Below are positions 55,226 to 64,000 of a stretch of DNA of 64,000 nt, piece after piece. Source of the stretch: a virus (Duplodnaviria; Caudoviricetes); the IMG/VR virus record IMGVR_UViG_3300037466_003648, positions 128,001-192,000 of that record; one strand, given 5' to 3'. The translations under genes and the position numbers were made by a program. The notes beneath the pieces are model-generated. The model was not told where the DNA came from. It was given only the letters and a program-made list of their open reading frames with translations, and made no database searches. Position 1 is the first letter of the stretch. Each line of letters starts with the position of its first letter.

Positions 55226-56506
55226 TTAAGTGCTCTTGGAGGGTGGGGTGGGTGGACCTTCCACAAAGGTCTTGAAGTAGTACCCTTCGGTGTCCTGCTG
55301 ATACGCCACGTTCGCGTTCGCACCCGCGTTCGGGTCACCCGTCGCGCGCGAGTGGGGGCTTTCCGTTGGGCTGGGTCCCGGTAGCGCGTAGGATCGCTGG
55401 CCCTGACCCGCAGGACGCACCTCGCCCGTGTTGCCCGACCCAACTGGATCGGGGTGGGGCCGCACCTCGCCCGTGTTGCCGGAGAGGCTGCCCAGGCTGA
55501 CACGCAGGGTCGTGATCTGGTCGTCCAGGCTCGCCAGCAGAGGCACCGCCAGTGCGGGGTCGAGCGCCCCCAACCCCGAGGCAACGGCTGCACGCGTGAC
55601 TTGCAGCGCCGCCAACATCTGAGCGGGGGATCCGCCCCATTGGTTGATGGCCGAGCTAACACCCTCGTGGCTGCGCACGGCACCCAACTGGCGGTCGATC
55701 GAGTCCAGCAATGCCTGCTTTCCAGGGAAGTCTGGTAGGCTCGCGAGCACCTGCTTCTCCGCGTTCAGGATCATCTCGGGGCTGATCCAGTCAGGGTAGA
55801 GTTGGTACGACGCGGGTGTTACGCGTGGCGATGTCGAGGCGTAGTCCGCGTAGTCCTGGAAGAAGAACGTCGGCAGCTCGATCGGGTCGGTCGGACGTCC
55901 CTGCACATCGTAGCCGCTGCGCTTGTTGAATGGCATGTTGTCGAGCGTCAGCGGCTCGGCCCAGATCTGCTGAGCCAACCCCTTCCACTGGGTGACCACG
56001 ATCTCGCGCCCAGCGCGTGCGCCGAGTCCCCATTCATCGACCTTCGCCATCTCCAGTACCACGCGACCGCTGGGCGTACGCTCGATCTTCTGACCGAACG
56101 CCATGCAGGCTTCGTCTAGCGCGGCGAAGTCTACGGGATCGATGGCGAACGTGATCTTGAAACGTGGACTGCGTACGTAACGATTCAGCCAGTTGTAGGT
56201 CTTGAAGCCGAACGTCTCGCGGAACACGTTGACGTCTAGCAGCCCCTTGTCCATGGTGAAGCTGATCTGCTTCTCGCCGTCCAGGTAGATGGGCGTATCG
56301 TAACCCACCGGCTTGTAGGGCTCGGAGGCCACCTTGACCCAGATCTGGATCTGGGTGAACTGGCCCATGAGCACGTCCTTGTGCCCGCGCCCCATGTCCT
56401 GGACGAAAACGCCCACGTCGAATCCCTGGATGGGGTCCGGCCCACCCACGTTGATGACCTTCGAGTCGACGGACTGCTTCGAGCCCACCTTCGGGTCGAT
56501 CTGCAC
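55226..56506 (-). CDS. tail tube protein (paralogue 1) with a C-terminal extension
   Basis: first ~200 aa clearly homologous to 54464-55156 (DPIQGFDVG, YLDGE, KGLLDVNVF, RSPRF.ITF). Confidence 0.7.
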   Translation of the reverse strand: MQIDPKVGSKQSVDSKVINVGGPDPIQGFDVGVFVQDMGRGHKDVLMGQFTQIQIWVKVASEPYKPVGYDTPIYLDGEKQISFTMDKGLLDVNVFRETFGFKTYNWLNRYVRSPRFKITFAIDPVDFAALDEACMAFGQKIERTPSGRVVLEMAKVDEWGLGARAGREIVVTQWKGLAQQIWAEPLTLDNMPFNKRSGYDVQGRPTDPIELPTFFFQDYADYASTSPRVTPASYQLYPDWISPEMILNAEKQVLASLPDFPGKQALLDSIDRQLGAVRSHEGVSSAINQWGGSPAQMLAALQVTRAAVASGLGALDPALAVPLLASLDDQITTLRVSLGSLSGNTGEVRPHPDPVGSGNTGEVRPAGQGQRSYALPGPSPTESPHSRATGDPNAGANANVAYQQDTEGYYFKTFVEGPPTPPSKST

Positions 56507-56524
56507 GGGATGCTCCTACGAAGT

Positions 56525-56548
56525 GGGTCCGGGTCGGAACCCGGACCC
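56525..56548 (-). other. intergenic 10 bp hairpin between the sheath and tube genes
   Basis: GGGTCCGGGT / ACCCGGACCC with a 4 nt loop; no U-tract. Confidence 0.6.
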
Positions 56549-56561
56549 TTCGTCCATTTGC

Positions 56562-58988
56562 CTAGACGTCCGTCGCCAGGCGGTGCATGCCGTAGTCGAT
56601 CTCGTCCGCGGGGTACACGGGGTACCACTGGAAGTCGATGCGCACGCCCTTGCCCTGCGTCTTGGCCGAGATGATGGTGCCGCCCTTGATCTTGCCGACC
56701 GCCGCGAGACCATTGAGGTAGGTCTGGGCCATCGCCGCGATGTTCTGGAGCAGATCGCCGCCCTTCGGCTCGCTCTTCTCCGCCTGCGAGGCGAAGTAGA
56801 GGTCGGTCTTGATGCGGTTCGCCATCCGGCGGATGCAGACGTAGTACTCGGCCGCATCCGAGGACAGCGTACGACCGTTCAGGCGGTGGTAGCCGTTCGT
56901 CGCCGGGTCGAGGACCAAGGCTTCGAGACGACCGTCCGTGTACGCCTGGAAGTCGACGTCGTCGTTCTCCGTGTCGACCGCACCCACCGTCTTGAAGTAC
57001 GGCGAGCTGCTACGGGCGGCAGGCGAGACGTGCTCCGGTGTGGCGCACAGCGCACCGACATAGAAGCCATCCGGCGACACGCCCAGCTCCGGCAGGCGGG
57101 GCTGACCCGTGTACGTCGCCCAGCCCGCCACCATCACGGCCGAACCGGTCGTGGTGTCGTAGCCCGTGGCTGCCGTGGCCGCGCTGGTGGCGTCAACACG
57201 GCGGGCCGCGTTCAGGATGGCAATGCGCAGGCCCTTCAGGATCGTCGCATTCTCCGCCTGGGCAAGCAGCGCGTGACGGATCGCATCCGACGTCTGGCCG
57301 GGCGCGAAGATGATGTTCGCGCGCTTGGTAGCCAGCAGGCGGATGGCCGCCAGGTAGTCATCTTCGGTGATGGTGGAGCCGTCGAGGCCACCCGACAGGA
57401 AGCCGGTGCCCGTGGGCAGGTTGATGTTGTTGAAGTCGGCGTTCGGCGACAGGACGCCACGGACCGTGATCGAGCTGCGCAGCGCCGCGATCTCACGCCC
57501 GTTGATCAGGTCACCCGGCGTGAACGCCAGCGTGATCGTCTCGCTCTTGTTGTCGGAGTTGGTCAGCTTCACGTCCACCGTACCGGCCTTGGTGCCGGGG
57601 ATGAACGTGTACTTGATGAAGTTGCCGTCCGAACCCTCGCCGATGGCCGTCAGGGTCAGGTCGCCGCTGGTCACCGACGCCTTCGCCGCACCGTCCAGAC
57701 CACCCGTCAGGTTGCCGCTGGTCGGGTTGATCGTGAGGTCGGAGGTCAGGTTGCCGGTTTCCGCCAAAGCGTACTGGATCGCGTTGCCCGCCGCACCCGG
57801 CGTCTTCGCCGTCAGGACGATCTTGTTCAGCACGGAGTCGTAGACCGCCACGACGGATGCCTGCGCATCCTGGTTGACAGTCGTAACGAACGCCGCGTCG
57901 ATCGCCAGGGCGGTCTCGGCCGCGGTCAGCGCCACGGTGTAGTTCTTGACGACCACACCATCGATCACCGTCAGGGTCAGCGTCTCGTAGGAGCTGGCCG
58001 AACGGGTGATGACGGTGAGCTGGATCGCGTTGGCCGCGGCACCCGCGGTCTTGGCCGTCAGGGTGATGACGGCAGCCGAGTTGTTCGCGGTCACGTCGGG
58101 ATCGCCGCTGCCCGCGTTGATGGCTGCCACCAGACCCGCCGCGACGTTCGTGGTGGTGTTGCCCGCCACGACGCGGTAGGTGTAGGTGCGGCTCGTGGAG
58201 CCGTTGGTCACGATCAGCACGACGCGGTCGTCGGCCGTGATGGTGCCGCCGATGGTGTCGGTCGCCGTTGCCGCGATGGCCGCCGCACCGGTTGCCAGGG
58301 TGGCCGCCGAGCGGGTTGCCGTGACAGTCGCGCTACCACCCGTGCCTTGGGCCACGGCGCCTGCCAACGTGATGGAGTTGCCACCCGCACCCGCGGTCTT
58401 GGCGGTCAGGGTCACGACGGCACCACTCACGGTTGCCGCCACGGTCGGATCGCCCGCACCGTTGTTGGACGCGTTGATGACGGCCATCGCCCCCGCCGCG
58501 ATGCTGTTGACGGTGTCACCCGCCACGACCGTGTAGTCGTAGGCCACGCCACCGATGGTGATCGTCACGACGTTGCCCACCGTGACCGTGCCCGCGATGG
58601 TGACCGTGCCCGTGGCCGCGATGGCGTTCGCACCACCCGTCAGGGTGGGGTTGTTGAGCGTCTGGGTCTCGGTGGGCGAGACGTTGGCAACGGCACCGCC
58701 GATGGTGAACTGCGCGCTGGCCGAGCGGGCGGCGCCCAGGACACGCACGAAGCCGGTGTCGGTGGCGCCTTCGTCGCGGGCGCACTGCAGACCGACGGAG
58801 CCCTCGGAGAGGTCACGGCCGATCTTGTCGTCCAGCTGGGTGTCGCTGGAGACGAGGATCACGTCACCCAGCGCGCCGCGCTTCGACTTACCGACCGCCA
58901 CGGCGCGGTTCAGCGCCTGCTGCTGGACCGGAAGGGGACCGTCGATGATCTCTTCGATCGAGACGTTGGGGAAAGAAACTGCCGACAT
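56562..58988 (-). CDS. tail sheath protein
   Basis: FPNVSIEE start, L.GGLDG, IIFAPG, C-terminal IRR..RIK...F.P...DEID; internal repeated modules. Confidence 0.9.
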   Translation of the reverse strand: MSAVSFPNVSIEEIIDGPLPVQQQALNRAVAVGKSKRGALGDVILVSSDTQLDDKIGRDLSEGSVGLQCARDEGATDTGFVRVLGAARSASAQFTIGGAVANVSPTETQTLNNPTLTGGANAIAATGTVTIAGTVTVGNVVTITIGGVAYDYTVVAGDTVNSIAAGAMAVINASNNGAGDPTVAATVSGAVVTLTAKTAGAGGNSITLAGAVAQGTGGSATVTATRSAATLATGAAAIAATATDTIGGTITADDRVVLIVTNGSTSRTYTYRVVAGNTTTNVAAGLVAAINAGSGDPDVTANNSAAVITLTAKTAGAAANAIQLTVITRSASSYETLTLTVIDGVVVKNYTVALTAAETALAIDAAFVTTVNQDAQASVVAVYDSVLNKIVLTAKTPGAAGNAIQYALAETGNLTSDLTINPTSGNLTGGLDGAAKASVTSGDLTLTAIGEGSDGNFIKYTFIPGTKAGTVDVKLTNSDNKSETITLAFTPGDLINGREIAALRSSITVRGVLSPNADFNNINLPTGTGFLSGGLDGSTITEDDYLAAIRLLATKRANIIFAPGQTSDAIRHALLAQAENATILKGLRIAILNAARRVDATSAATAATGYDTTTGSAVMVAGWATYTGQPRLPELGVSPDGFYVGALCATPEHVSPAARSSSPYFKTVGAVDTENDDVDFQAYTDGRLEALVLDPATNGYHRLNGRTLSSDAAEYYVCIRRMANRIKTDLYFASQAEKSEPKGGDLLQNIAAMAQTYLNGLAAVGKIKGGTIISAKTQGKGVRIDFQWYPVYPADEIDYGMHRLATDV

Positions 58989-59004
58989 CGAGTGTCTCCT
59001 TTAC

Positions 59005-59958
59005 CTAGCAGGGGCTGTCGTCTTCACGCTTGAAGTAGAACGAGAGGTCGAGCAGACCCTTGGGGGCGGAGTCGATCAGCGCCATCAGGTCTGGGTCGAG
59101 GGTCGAGTACGGGTGACTTGTCGCTGGATCGGTCAGGTCACTCCGGTCGATCGTGGTACCATCCGCGCGAAGGAAGACGTTGCGCATCGTGTCGTAGAAG
59201 ACGTCGATCGTGGCGTTCTGCGCATCGGTGATGTAACCGACCTGGAGGTTCCCGTCCGACATCTCCACCGGCAGGTAGCGCGGTTGGCGACGCCAACGGA
59301 TCGGCACGTAGTAATCAGTGTGCCAGGTGATCGTGGCAGAATGTAGGATAAGATTGCTGCTCTTGTCCTGTGTGGCTGTCGGGTAGTCGATGTGGTGCAC
59401 GAAGGAGTTTGCGAGCAGCCGCATCTTGTTGCCGTTCGGGAACGCGGGCAGGTGGTGCAGATCGTCGCGCAGAACTGCCGCAACCACCTCCGCGTACTGG
59501 CGGACCGCCCACTCGATGTAGTTGTGCTCGAAGAGCGTGTTCTGCTCTTCGGAGATCGTGTTGTCGCTCTCGCTCTGGTTGGAGTAGCCGAACATGTGCA
59601 GCTTGAGCTGGATGTTGGCGCGTGCCTTGATGTAGGCGGTCAGGTCGGACTTGTCGCCGCCCAGCGTGGTTTGCTTCTCGTCGAAGACGACACCCGCGTT
59701 CTCGGAGTTGACCGTGAGGCTGGTGGTCGCGTCGCCCTGCGCGTAGTGGTAGGGATAGACGGACAGTGTGATGCCGTTCGGGTTCTTCAGCTCGCGCCCG
59801 TCGTAGTTGCGGAACTTGTTGATGCGCAGCGGCTTGCCGTTCACATCGGTGATCGGTGGATCGACCAGCAACGGGTGCATGGCCAGACGGAAGATTGCCG
59901 TCTGCACGATCCGGTTGACCGTGACGGGAGGCCAGATCTGAACGCTGCCTTGTGCCAT
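59005..59958 (-). CDS. putative neck / tail completion (terminator) protein
   Basis: position between the adaptor and the sheath; beta-rich ITLSVYPY...IQLKLHMFG. Confidence 0.5.
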   Translation of the reverse strand: MAQGSVQIWPPVTVNRIVQTAIFRLAMHPLLVDPPITDVNGKPLRINKFRNYDGRELKNPNGITLSVYPYHYAQGDATTSLTVNSENAGVVFDEKQTTLGGDKSDLTAYIKARANIQLKLHMFGYSNQSESDNTISEEQNTLFEHNYIEWAVRQYAEVVAAVLRDDLHHLPAFPNGNKMRLLANSFVHHIDYPTATQDKSSNLILHSATITWHTDYYVPIRWRRQPRYLPVEMSDGNLQVGYITDAQNATIDVFYDTMRNVFLRADGTTIDRSDLTDPATSHPYSTLDPDLMALIDSAPKGLLDLSFYFKREDDSPC

Positions 59959-61647
59959 TTAGAAGATCCCTCGATTGAAGTAGTTGATGTCCTGGAATGC
60001 CTGGGACATCCGGTTGGAGAGCTTGGGCTGTGCCACACGCGCTCCCACAATGCCACCGGGCTCCTGCAACAGGGCCAGCTCGGCCTTACCCATAGGGAAG
60101 TGGTACACGATGTCCATCACGATGCTCTTGGGCTCGCCATCGAAGTCCGTCGCGAGCACCAGCGTGTTGGGCACGGCACCGAAGACGACTTCGGGCGGCG
60201 CGCTCAACAGATCGAAAACCAGCTTGTCCTCCGTGACGGAGAGTTGGTAAGGCACGATGCGGATCCCAGGAGCCGTGACGGTGTTGCCTGCCACTTGCAT
60301 CTGGGTCGGCGAGCGCAGCGCGGGCAGCACCTTGAGCTGCTTCGAGATCAGGTTCATGTCGTCGGCCATCAGGCGCACGACGTCGTCGGCAGTGGATCCC
60401 CGCGGGATCTTAACCACGCGAGCAGGCACCCCGTACGAGCTGGCTGCTACGTTGCCGACCTGGTACTTCAGCACCCCGTCCTGACTGGTCTTGCCGGAAA
60501 CCGACGTGACCTTGAAGTAGAACGAGTCGTAGAGTGCGTCGCTGATCGCTGCCGTGGGGTTGGTCGCGCCGGGCTTGAGCACGGCAGCGGTGCCTGCGTT
60601 GCCGGGGGTGATGTCGATCAAGACCGAGTAGGGACCCTTCTGCGAGAGCAGGGTGTAGTCGGGGTGGTCGAGCTGCAGGATGTTCTGCATCACGCCGTAG
60701 ACGATGCCCTTGATGCCCAATGTGCCGCTTGCGTTCAGCAACTCCAGCGTGCAGAACAACGCGCTCACGATGAGGTCGTGCTGGCCCGCGTAGAACGACA
60801 TCCACCCCATGTTGACCTGGAGCGATGGGATCACCGTCAAGGGGTTGCCGACCGAGTCCATGGTCTGCATGACCCGGCTGGTCGTGATCAATGGACCCTC
60901 GTTGGGGCCAATCACGAGGTTGAACTTGGTGCCCGCCGGTGCCGCCGCGAGGTAGGCACGAACCGCGCCCAGCAACTTGTTCATGATGACCGCAGGCGTG
61001 TCGCCCACGGCCACGGGCGCGCTGACCTTGTACTGGTTGACCCACAGGTTTGCCACACCGTCTTCTTGTGCACCGGGGTACGGCTTGACGGCGTTGTTGA
61101 TGGGGTCGTAGGTCGTGGGGTTGACGTCGAGCGCCATGAAGATGCGAGGGCTCTTGTCTACCACGGCCGACGAAGCAGCCTTCGCCGCGGCGGCAGCCGC
61201 TGCCGTCAGTTCGGGCGAGCTGGTCAGCTGCTTGAGGTCGGCCATCGCCTCCTTCTGGAGGTCCGAGGCAATCTTCTGCTGCTCGGGCACCTGGCCCGCA
61301 AGCATGGTGGTCATCCACGACGCGGCCAACCGGGCGGCGATCATGTAGACCATGTCCTTGACGATGGAGTTGGTCATCACCTGGAAGACCAAGGTGTTCG
61401 CCGTCGCCTGAATCGTAGGATCGGCGAGGTCGCTCAGCTCCTCGTAGAAGACCATCTTGCCCACACCGGTGCTGGTCTGGGCACGCGCGCTGATCAGGTA
61501 GCCCCGGATGCGGGGGAACGCGCTCTGGTTCAGGTAGCTCAGGATCTTGCTGTTAGGAAAGGTGCCCGTGTCCGACAACACGACGTTGTAGTCACGGACC
61601 TGCTGGACGATGGGATCGTTCGGGTTGGTGATGAACGGCGTTGCCAT
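59959..61647 (-). CDS. putative head-tail adaptor with a long C-terminal extension
   Basis: helical N-terminal ~170 aa (IRGYL...IVKDMVYMIAARLA...EAMADLKQL) like gp15/gp36-type adaptors; follows the capsid genes. Confidence 0.55.
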   Translation of the reverse strand: MATPFITNPNDPIVQQVRDYNVVLSDTGTFPNSKILSYLNQSAFPRIRGYLISARAQTSTGVGKMVFYEELSDLADPTIQATANTLVFQVMTNSIVKDMVYMIAARLAASWMTTMLAGQVPEQQKIASDLQKEAMADLKQLTSSPELTAAAAAAAKAASSAVVDKSPRIFMALDVNPTTYDPINNAVKPYPGAQEDGVANLWVNQYKVSAPVAVGDTPAVIMNKLLGAVRAYLAAAPAGTKFNLVIGPNEGPLITTSRVMQTMDSVGNPLTVIPSLQVNMGWMSFYAGQHDLIVSALFCTLELLNASGTLGIKGIVYGVMQNILQLDHPDYTLLSQKGPYSVLIDITPGNAGTAAVLKPGATNPTAAISDALYDSFYFKVTSVSGKTSQDGVLKYQVGNVAASSYGVPARVVKIPRGSTADDVVRLMADDMNLISKQLKVLPALRSPTQMQVAGNTVTAPGIRIVPYQLSVTEDKLVFDLLSAPPEVVFGAVPNTLVLATDFDGEPKSIVMDIVYHFPMGKAELALLQEPGGIVGARVAQPKLSNRMSQAFQDINYFNRGIF

Positions 61648-61663
61648 GGGTCACCTATGAAAG

Positions 61664-61690
61664 AGGCGGGGAGACAGAGCCTCCCCGCCT
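61664..61690 (-). terminator. probable terminator after the head genes
   Basis: AGGCGGGGAG 61664-61673 / CTCCCCGCCT 61681-61690; - strand continues CTTTC. Confidence 0.55.
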
Positions 61691-61708
61691 TGACTTACAA
61701 AACCAGCG

Positions 61709-62071
61709 CTACTCCGCCTTGGGCTCCTCGGGCGCAGCCGCCGAACGGCGACGCGTCTTGGGGGCTTCCGGGGTGGCTTCGGCGGTCGCCTCGACCGGGG
61801 CTTCCGCTTCGGGAGCGTCAGACACCTGGGTGGGCTCTTCGACCGGGGCCTCCTCGGCGGTGGGAGCGGCCGGAGCCTCTTCCACCGGAGCGGGGCTCTC
61901 CGCGGGGGCGTCGACCTCGTCGGTGCCGAGGTCACGCTTGAGAGCGTAGATCGGGTAGACACCCGACTTCTGCTCCTTCAGCTCGGCCCACTGGCGGTCG
62001 GTGACGGTTTGCTCGTCACCGACGTAAGGACCTTCGCTGCCGCAGGGATGGATGCAGACGATGTGCTTCAT
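61709..62071 (-). CDS. hypothetical protein with an acidic Ala/Pro/Glu-rich tail
   Basis: 120 aa; small folded N-terminus plus low-complexity EAPA repeats. Confidence 0.7.
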   Translation of the reverse strand: MKHIVCIHPCGSEGPYVGDEQTVTDRQWAELKEQKSGVYPIYALKRDLGTDEVDAPAESPAPVEEAPAAPTAEEAPVEEPTQVSDAPEAEAPVEATAEATPEAPKTRRRSAAAPEEPKAE

Positions 62072-62096
62072 GGTGGGGTCCTCGTTCCTTCTGGGC

Positions 62097-62903
62097 TTAG
62101 GGGTTGCCGTTGCCCAGGAGGACGGTGCTGCGGAGGCGGTTGTCCACCGAGGTGATGGCCGCGCCCGCGAGGTTGGCGCCCGACGCGGTCGCCGTGCCCG
62201 CCGCAGCGGTGTCGGCCGCGGTCAGTGTGTACGCCGTCGCGTCCTTCGAGGTCAGGGTCGCCACCGCGCCCACGACCGACACGCTCACCTTGGCCGCCGC
62301 CGTGGCGTTGGCTTCGATCGCGGTCTTCGCCAGCGCGGCCATCTGAGCCGCCGTGGTGCCGTTGACGGTCGAGGTCACCACAACGGCGGTGCCGCCGATG
62401 GTGATCGTGGCCGTCTCGGTGTTGTCGAACACGCCACCGAAGGTGACGGTGCCGGTGTCGGCGCTCGACACGACCTTGCCCAGCAGGATCGAGGCGGGCT
62501 CGGGCTGGCGCAGGGGACCCTTCTGGGAGAAGCCGGTCGTGTTGATCAGCGCGCCCATGTTGGGGTCGTGCTGCAGCTCGGGGGCGACGTCGCGGTACTG
62601 CTGACCCGACGCGAGGTCGGCCGACAGGGCGAGCGTGCCGTCCGTCTTCAGCCAGACGAGCTTGGTCGCGTTGTGGGGAACCGTGATGGTGAGCGGGGTC
62701 TGGATGTCCAGCTCCACGCCGGGAATGTTCATGCCGGACGCCGCCTTGTTAGGCAGCGCGTCGACCTGCGCCTGGGTACGGCCCACACGGGCCATGCCGA
62801 CGGAGGCGGTCAGGGTCAGCGCGGAGGCGCTGAGAAGCAGGCTGTTGCCGACCGTGCCCAGCCCCAGACCCACCTTGTCGAGTGCGTGAAAACCATGCTG
62901 CAT
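62097..62903 (-). CDS. putative head decoration protein
   Basis: directly after the major capsid gene; C-terminal module shared with the sheath repeats; AAGGAG RBS. Confidence 0.6.
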   Translation of the reverse strand: MQHGFHALDKVGLGLGTVGNSLLLSASALTLTASVGMARVGRTQAQVDALPNKAASGMNIPGVELDIQTPLTITVPHNATKLVWLKTDGTLALSADLASGQQYRDVAPELQHDPNMGALINTTGFSQKGPLRQPEPASILLGKVVSSADTGTVTFGGVFDNTETATITIGGTAVVVTSTVNGTTAAQMAALAKTAIEANATAAAKVSVSVVGAVATLTSKDATAYTLTAADTAAAGTATASGANLAGAAITSVDNRLRSTVLLGNGNP

Positions 62904-62926
62904 GGTGCAGTTCTCCTTATAGGGGT

Positions 62927-62953
62927 GGGAGGGTGGACTTAATCCACCCTCCC
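62927..62953 (-). other. intergenic 11 bp hairpin after the major capsid gene
   Basis: GGGAGGGTGGA 62927-62937 / TCCACCCTCCC 62943-62953. Confidence 0.65.
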
Positions 62954-62960
62954 CAGGGCG

Positions 62961-64000
62961 CTAGAACGGGTTGGTGACCGTCGGATCGACCAGGGCCGTC
63001 AGGTTCGAGACCGAGTCCACGGTCATGATGCCGATCCAGTCCGGGTAGACCAGGTACGGCAGACCGGAGTTGCCGATCTGGACCGAGCGGCCGGGGGCAG
63101 CCGGAGGCGTGGTGTCGGGGCCGGAGCGCACCCACAGGCCAGGACGACCCGCGGGGTCCTCGCCCATGCAGTACATCATCTTGCCGACCGACTCGCCAGG
63201 GAAGTCGGGGTGCACGTCCGAAGCCAGCACGATCTTGTTGATCGGCCAGAGCTTCTGGGTGGCGCCCGTGACGGGGTCCTGGTAGATGTGGTCGAACGTG
63301 AGGATCTCCATGCCGGAGATGTGCGTCAGCTTGCCCTCGCTGAACGTCACGAAGCCGGTCTGCGACAGGAAGCTGACTTCCTGGCGGCGCAGGATCTCGG
63401 CGTTGCCTTCCAGGATCGTCTGGAGGTCCGAAGTCATGATGATGTACTTCGGCTCGACCTTGGCGACGTTCATGATGCGGCGACGGAAGCGCTTGAGCAG
63501 CTCGACCGGGGTCGAGTTCGCCTGGTTGGCGAAGCCGGGCAGGCCAGCGGCCACGACGTCGAACAGGTTGCTGGCCGGGATGCCGGTCGGCACGTTGATC
63601 GACTGCTTGGTGCGCGGGTCGGTGTAGTTGATGCCGCCCAGCAGCACCTGCGCCTTGAGCATGGTGAACAGGTGGTTGTTGCGGTTCGTCAGACGCTGCA
63701 GACGCTTCGCAATGAACTCCTTGCCCTCCTTCTCGTTGAGGGTGCCCAGCTTGCGCAGGTCGTTGATGATGTTCATCGGGATGAAGTCCGACTCGCGCAC
63801 GTACGCGGGGAAGACGTTCATGCGCTCGACTTGCGCGTTGTCCGTCAGGACGTCGGTGAAGCCGGGGTTCACCAGCGGGGCGACGCCCACGCCCTCGCGG
63901 ACGCGCTCGATCGTGATCGAGGTGTTCATCGTGGTTTCCTTGGGGAAGAACCGCGACAGGGGGTCACCCGAGAACTGCTCGAAGGTCAGCGCGAGCTTGG
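62961..64000 (-). CDS. major capsid protein (lambda gpE-like family), 5' truncated by the window edge
   Basis: frame open to the edge (...DPLSRFFPKETTMNTSITIER...APLV..G); GINYTD, P.YI.M..D, P.NK.V motifs; very high GC3. Confidence 0.8.
   Translation of the reverse strand, partial: KLALTFEQFSGDPLSRFFPKETTMNTSITIERVREGVGVAPLVNPGFTDVLTDNAQVERMNVFPAYVRESDFIPMNIINDLRKLGTLNEKEGKEFIAKRLQRLTNRNNHLFTMLKAQVLLGGINYTDPRTKQSINVPTGIPASNLFDVVAAGLPGFANQANSTPVELLKRFRRRIMNVAKVEPKYIIMTSDLQTILEGNAEILRRQEVSFLSQTGFVTFSEGKLTHISGMEILTFDHIYQDPVTGATQKLWPINKIVLASDVHPDFPGESVGKMMYCMGEDPAGRPGLWVRSGPDTTPPAAPGRSVQIGNSGLPYLVYPDWIGIMTVDSVSNLTALVDPTVTNPF

Noticed and set aside
55416-55480. 20 bp direct repeat with a 25 bp spacer as a mini-CRISPR
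   Set aside because: only two copies, period 45 bp keeps the frame, encodes a duplicated GNTGEVR peptide
4296-59033. very long opposite-strand ORFs (e.g. 4296-8858, 10515-15881, 23367-26594, 39163-45606, 56334-59033 on +)
   Set aside because: shadow frames of GC3-biased - strand genes; Arg/His/Gly-rich nonsense composition, no RBS, no motifs
1-64000. stop-codon reassignment or an intein/intron in terL or the capsid gene
   Set aside because: genes are full length under the standard code, TAG coincides with gene ends, and no intein or homing-endonuclease motifs were seen

Overview
A 64 kb segment of a large, GC-rich tailed phage with a contractile (myovirus-type) tail. The first ~4.7 kb is on the + strand: an AddB/Cas4-like PD-(D/E)XK nuclease, an HU/IHF-like protein, two HTH proteins, hypothetical proteins, a ~430 bp structured non-coding region and a small membrane protein. 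The rest (4704-64000) is one - strand morphogenesis/lysis operon. In transcription order it encodes major capsid (truncated at the window edge), head decoration, neck, tail sheath, two tail-tube paralogues, baseplate hub/spike/wedge, a modular tail-fibre cassette, hydrolases, a lipoprotein and holin, an amidase endolysin, terminase large subunit, and a 3972-aa tape-measure-like protein with PLD, GH73 and NlpC/CHAP-like domains. The most striking unexplained element is at 3961-4398: two tandem sigma70-type promoters appear to drive an ~80 nt RNA and an ~285 nt multibranched RNA, and the short RNA carries two segments complementary to the long one. No tRNA, rRNA, CRISPR array, integrase or transposase was found. 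All product calls come from motifs recognised by eye and from gene order; no database search was run.
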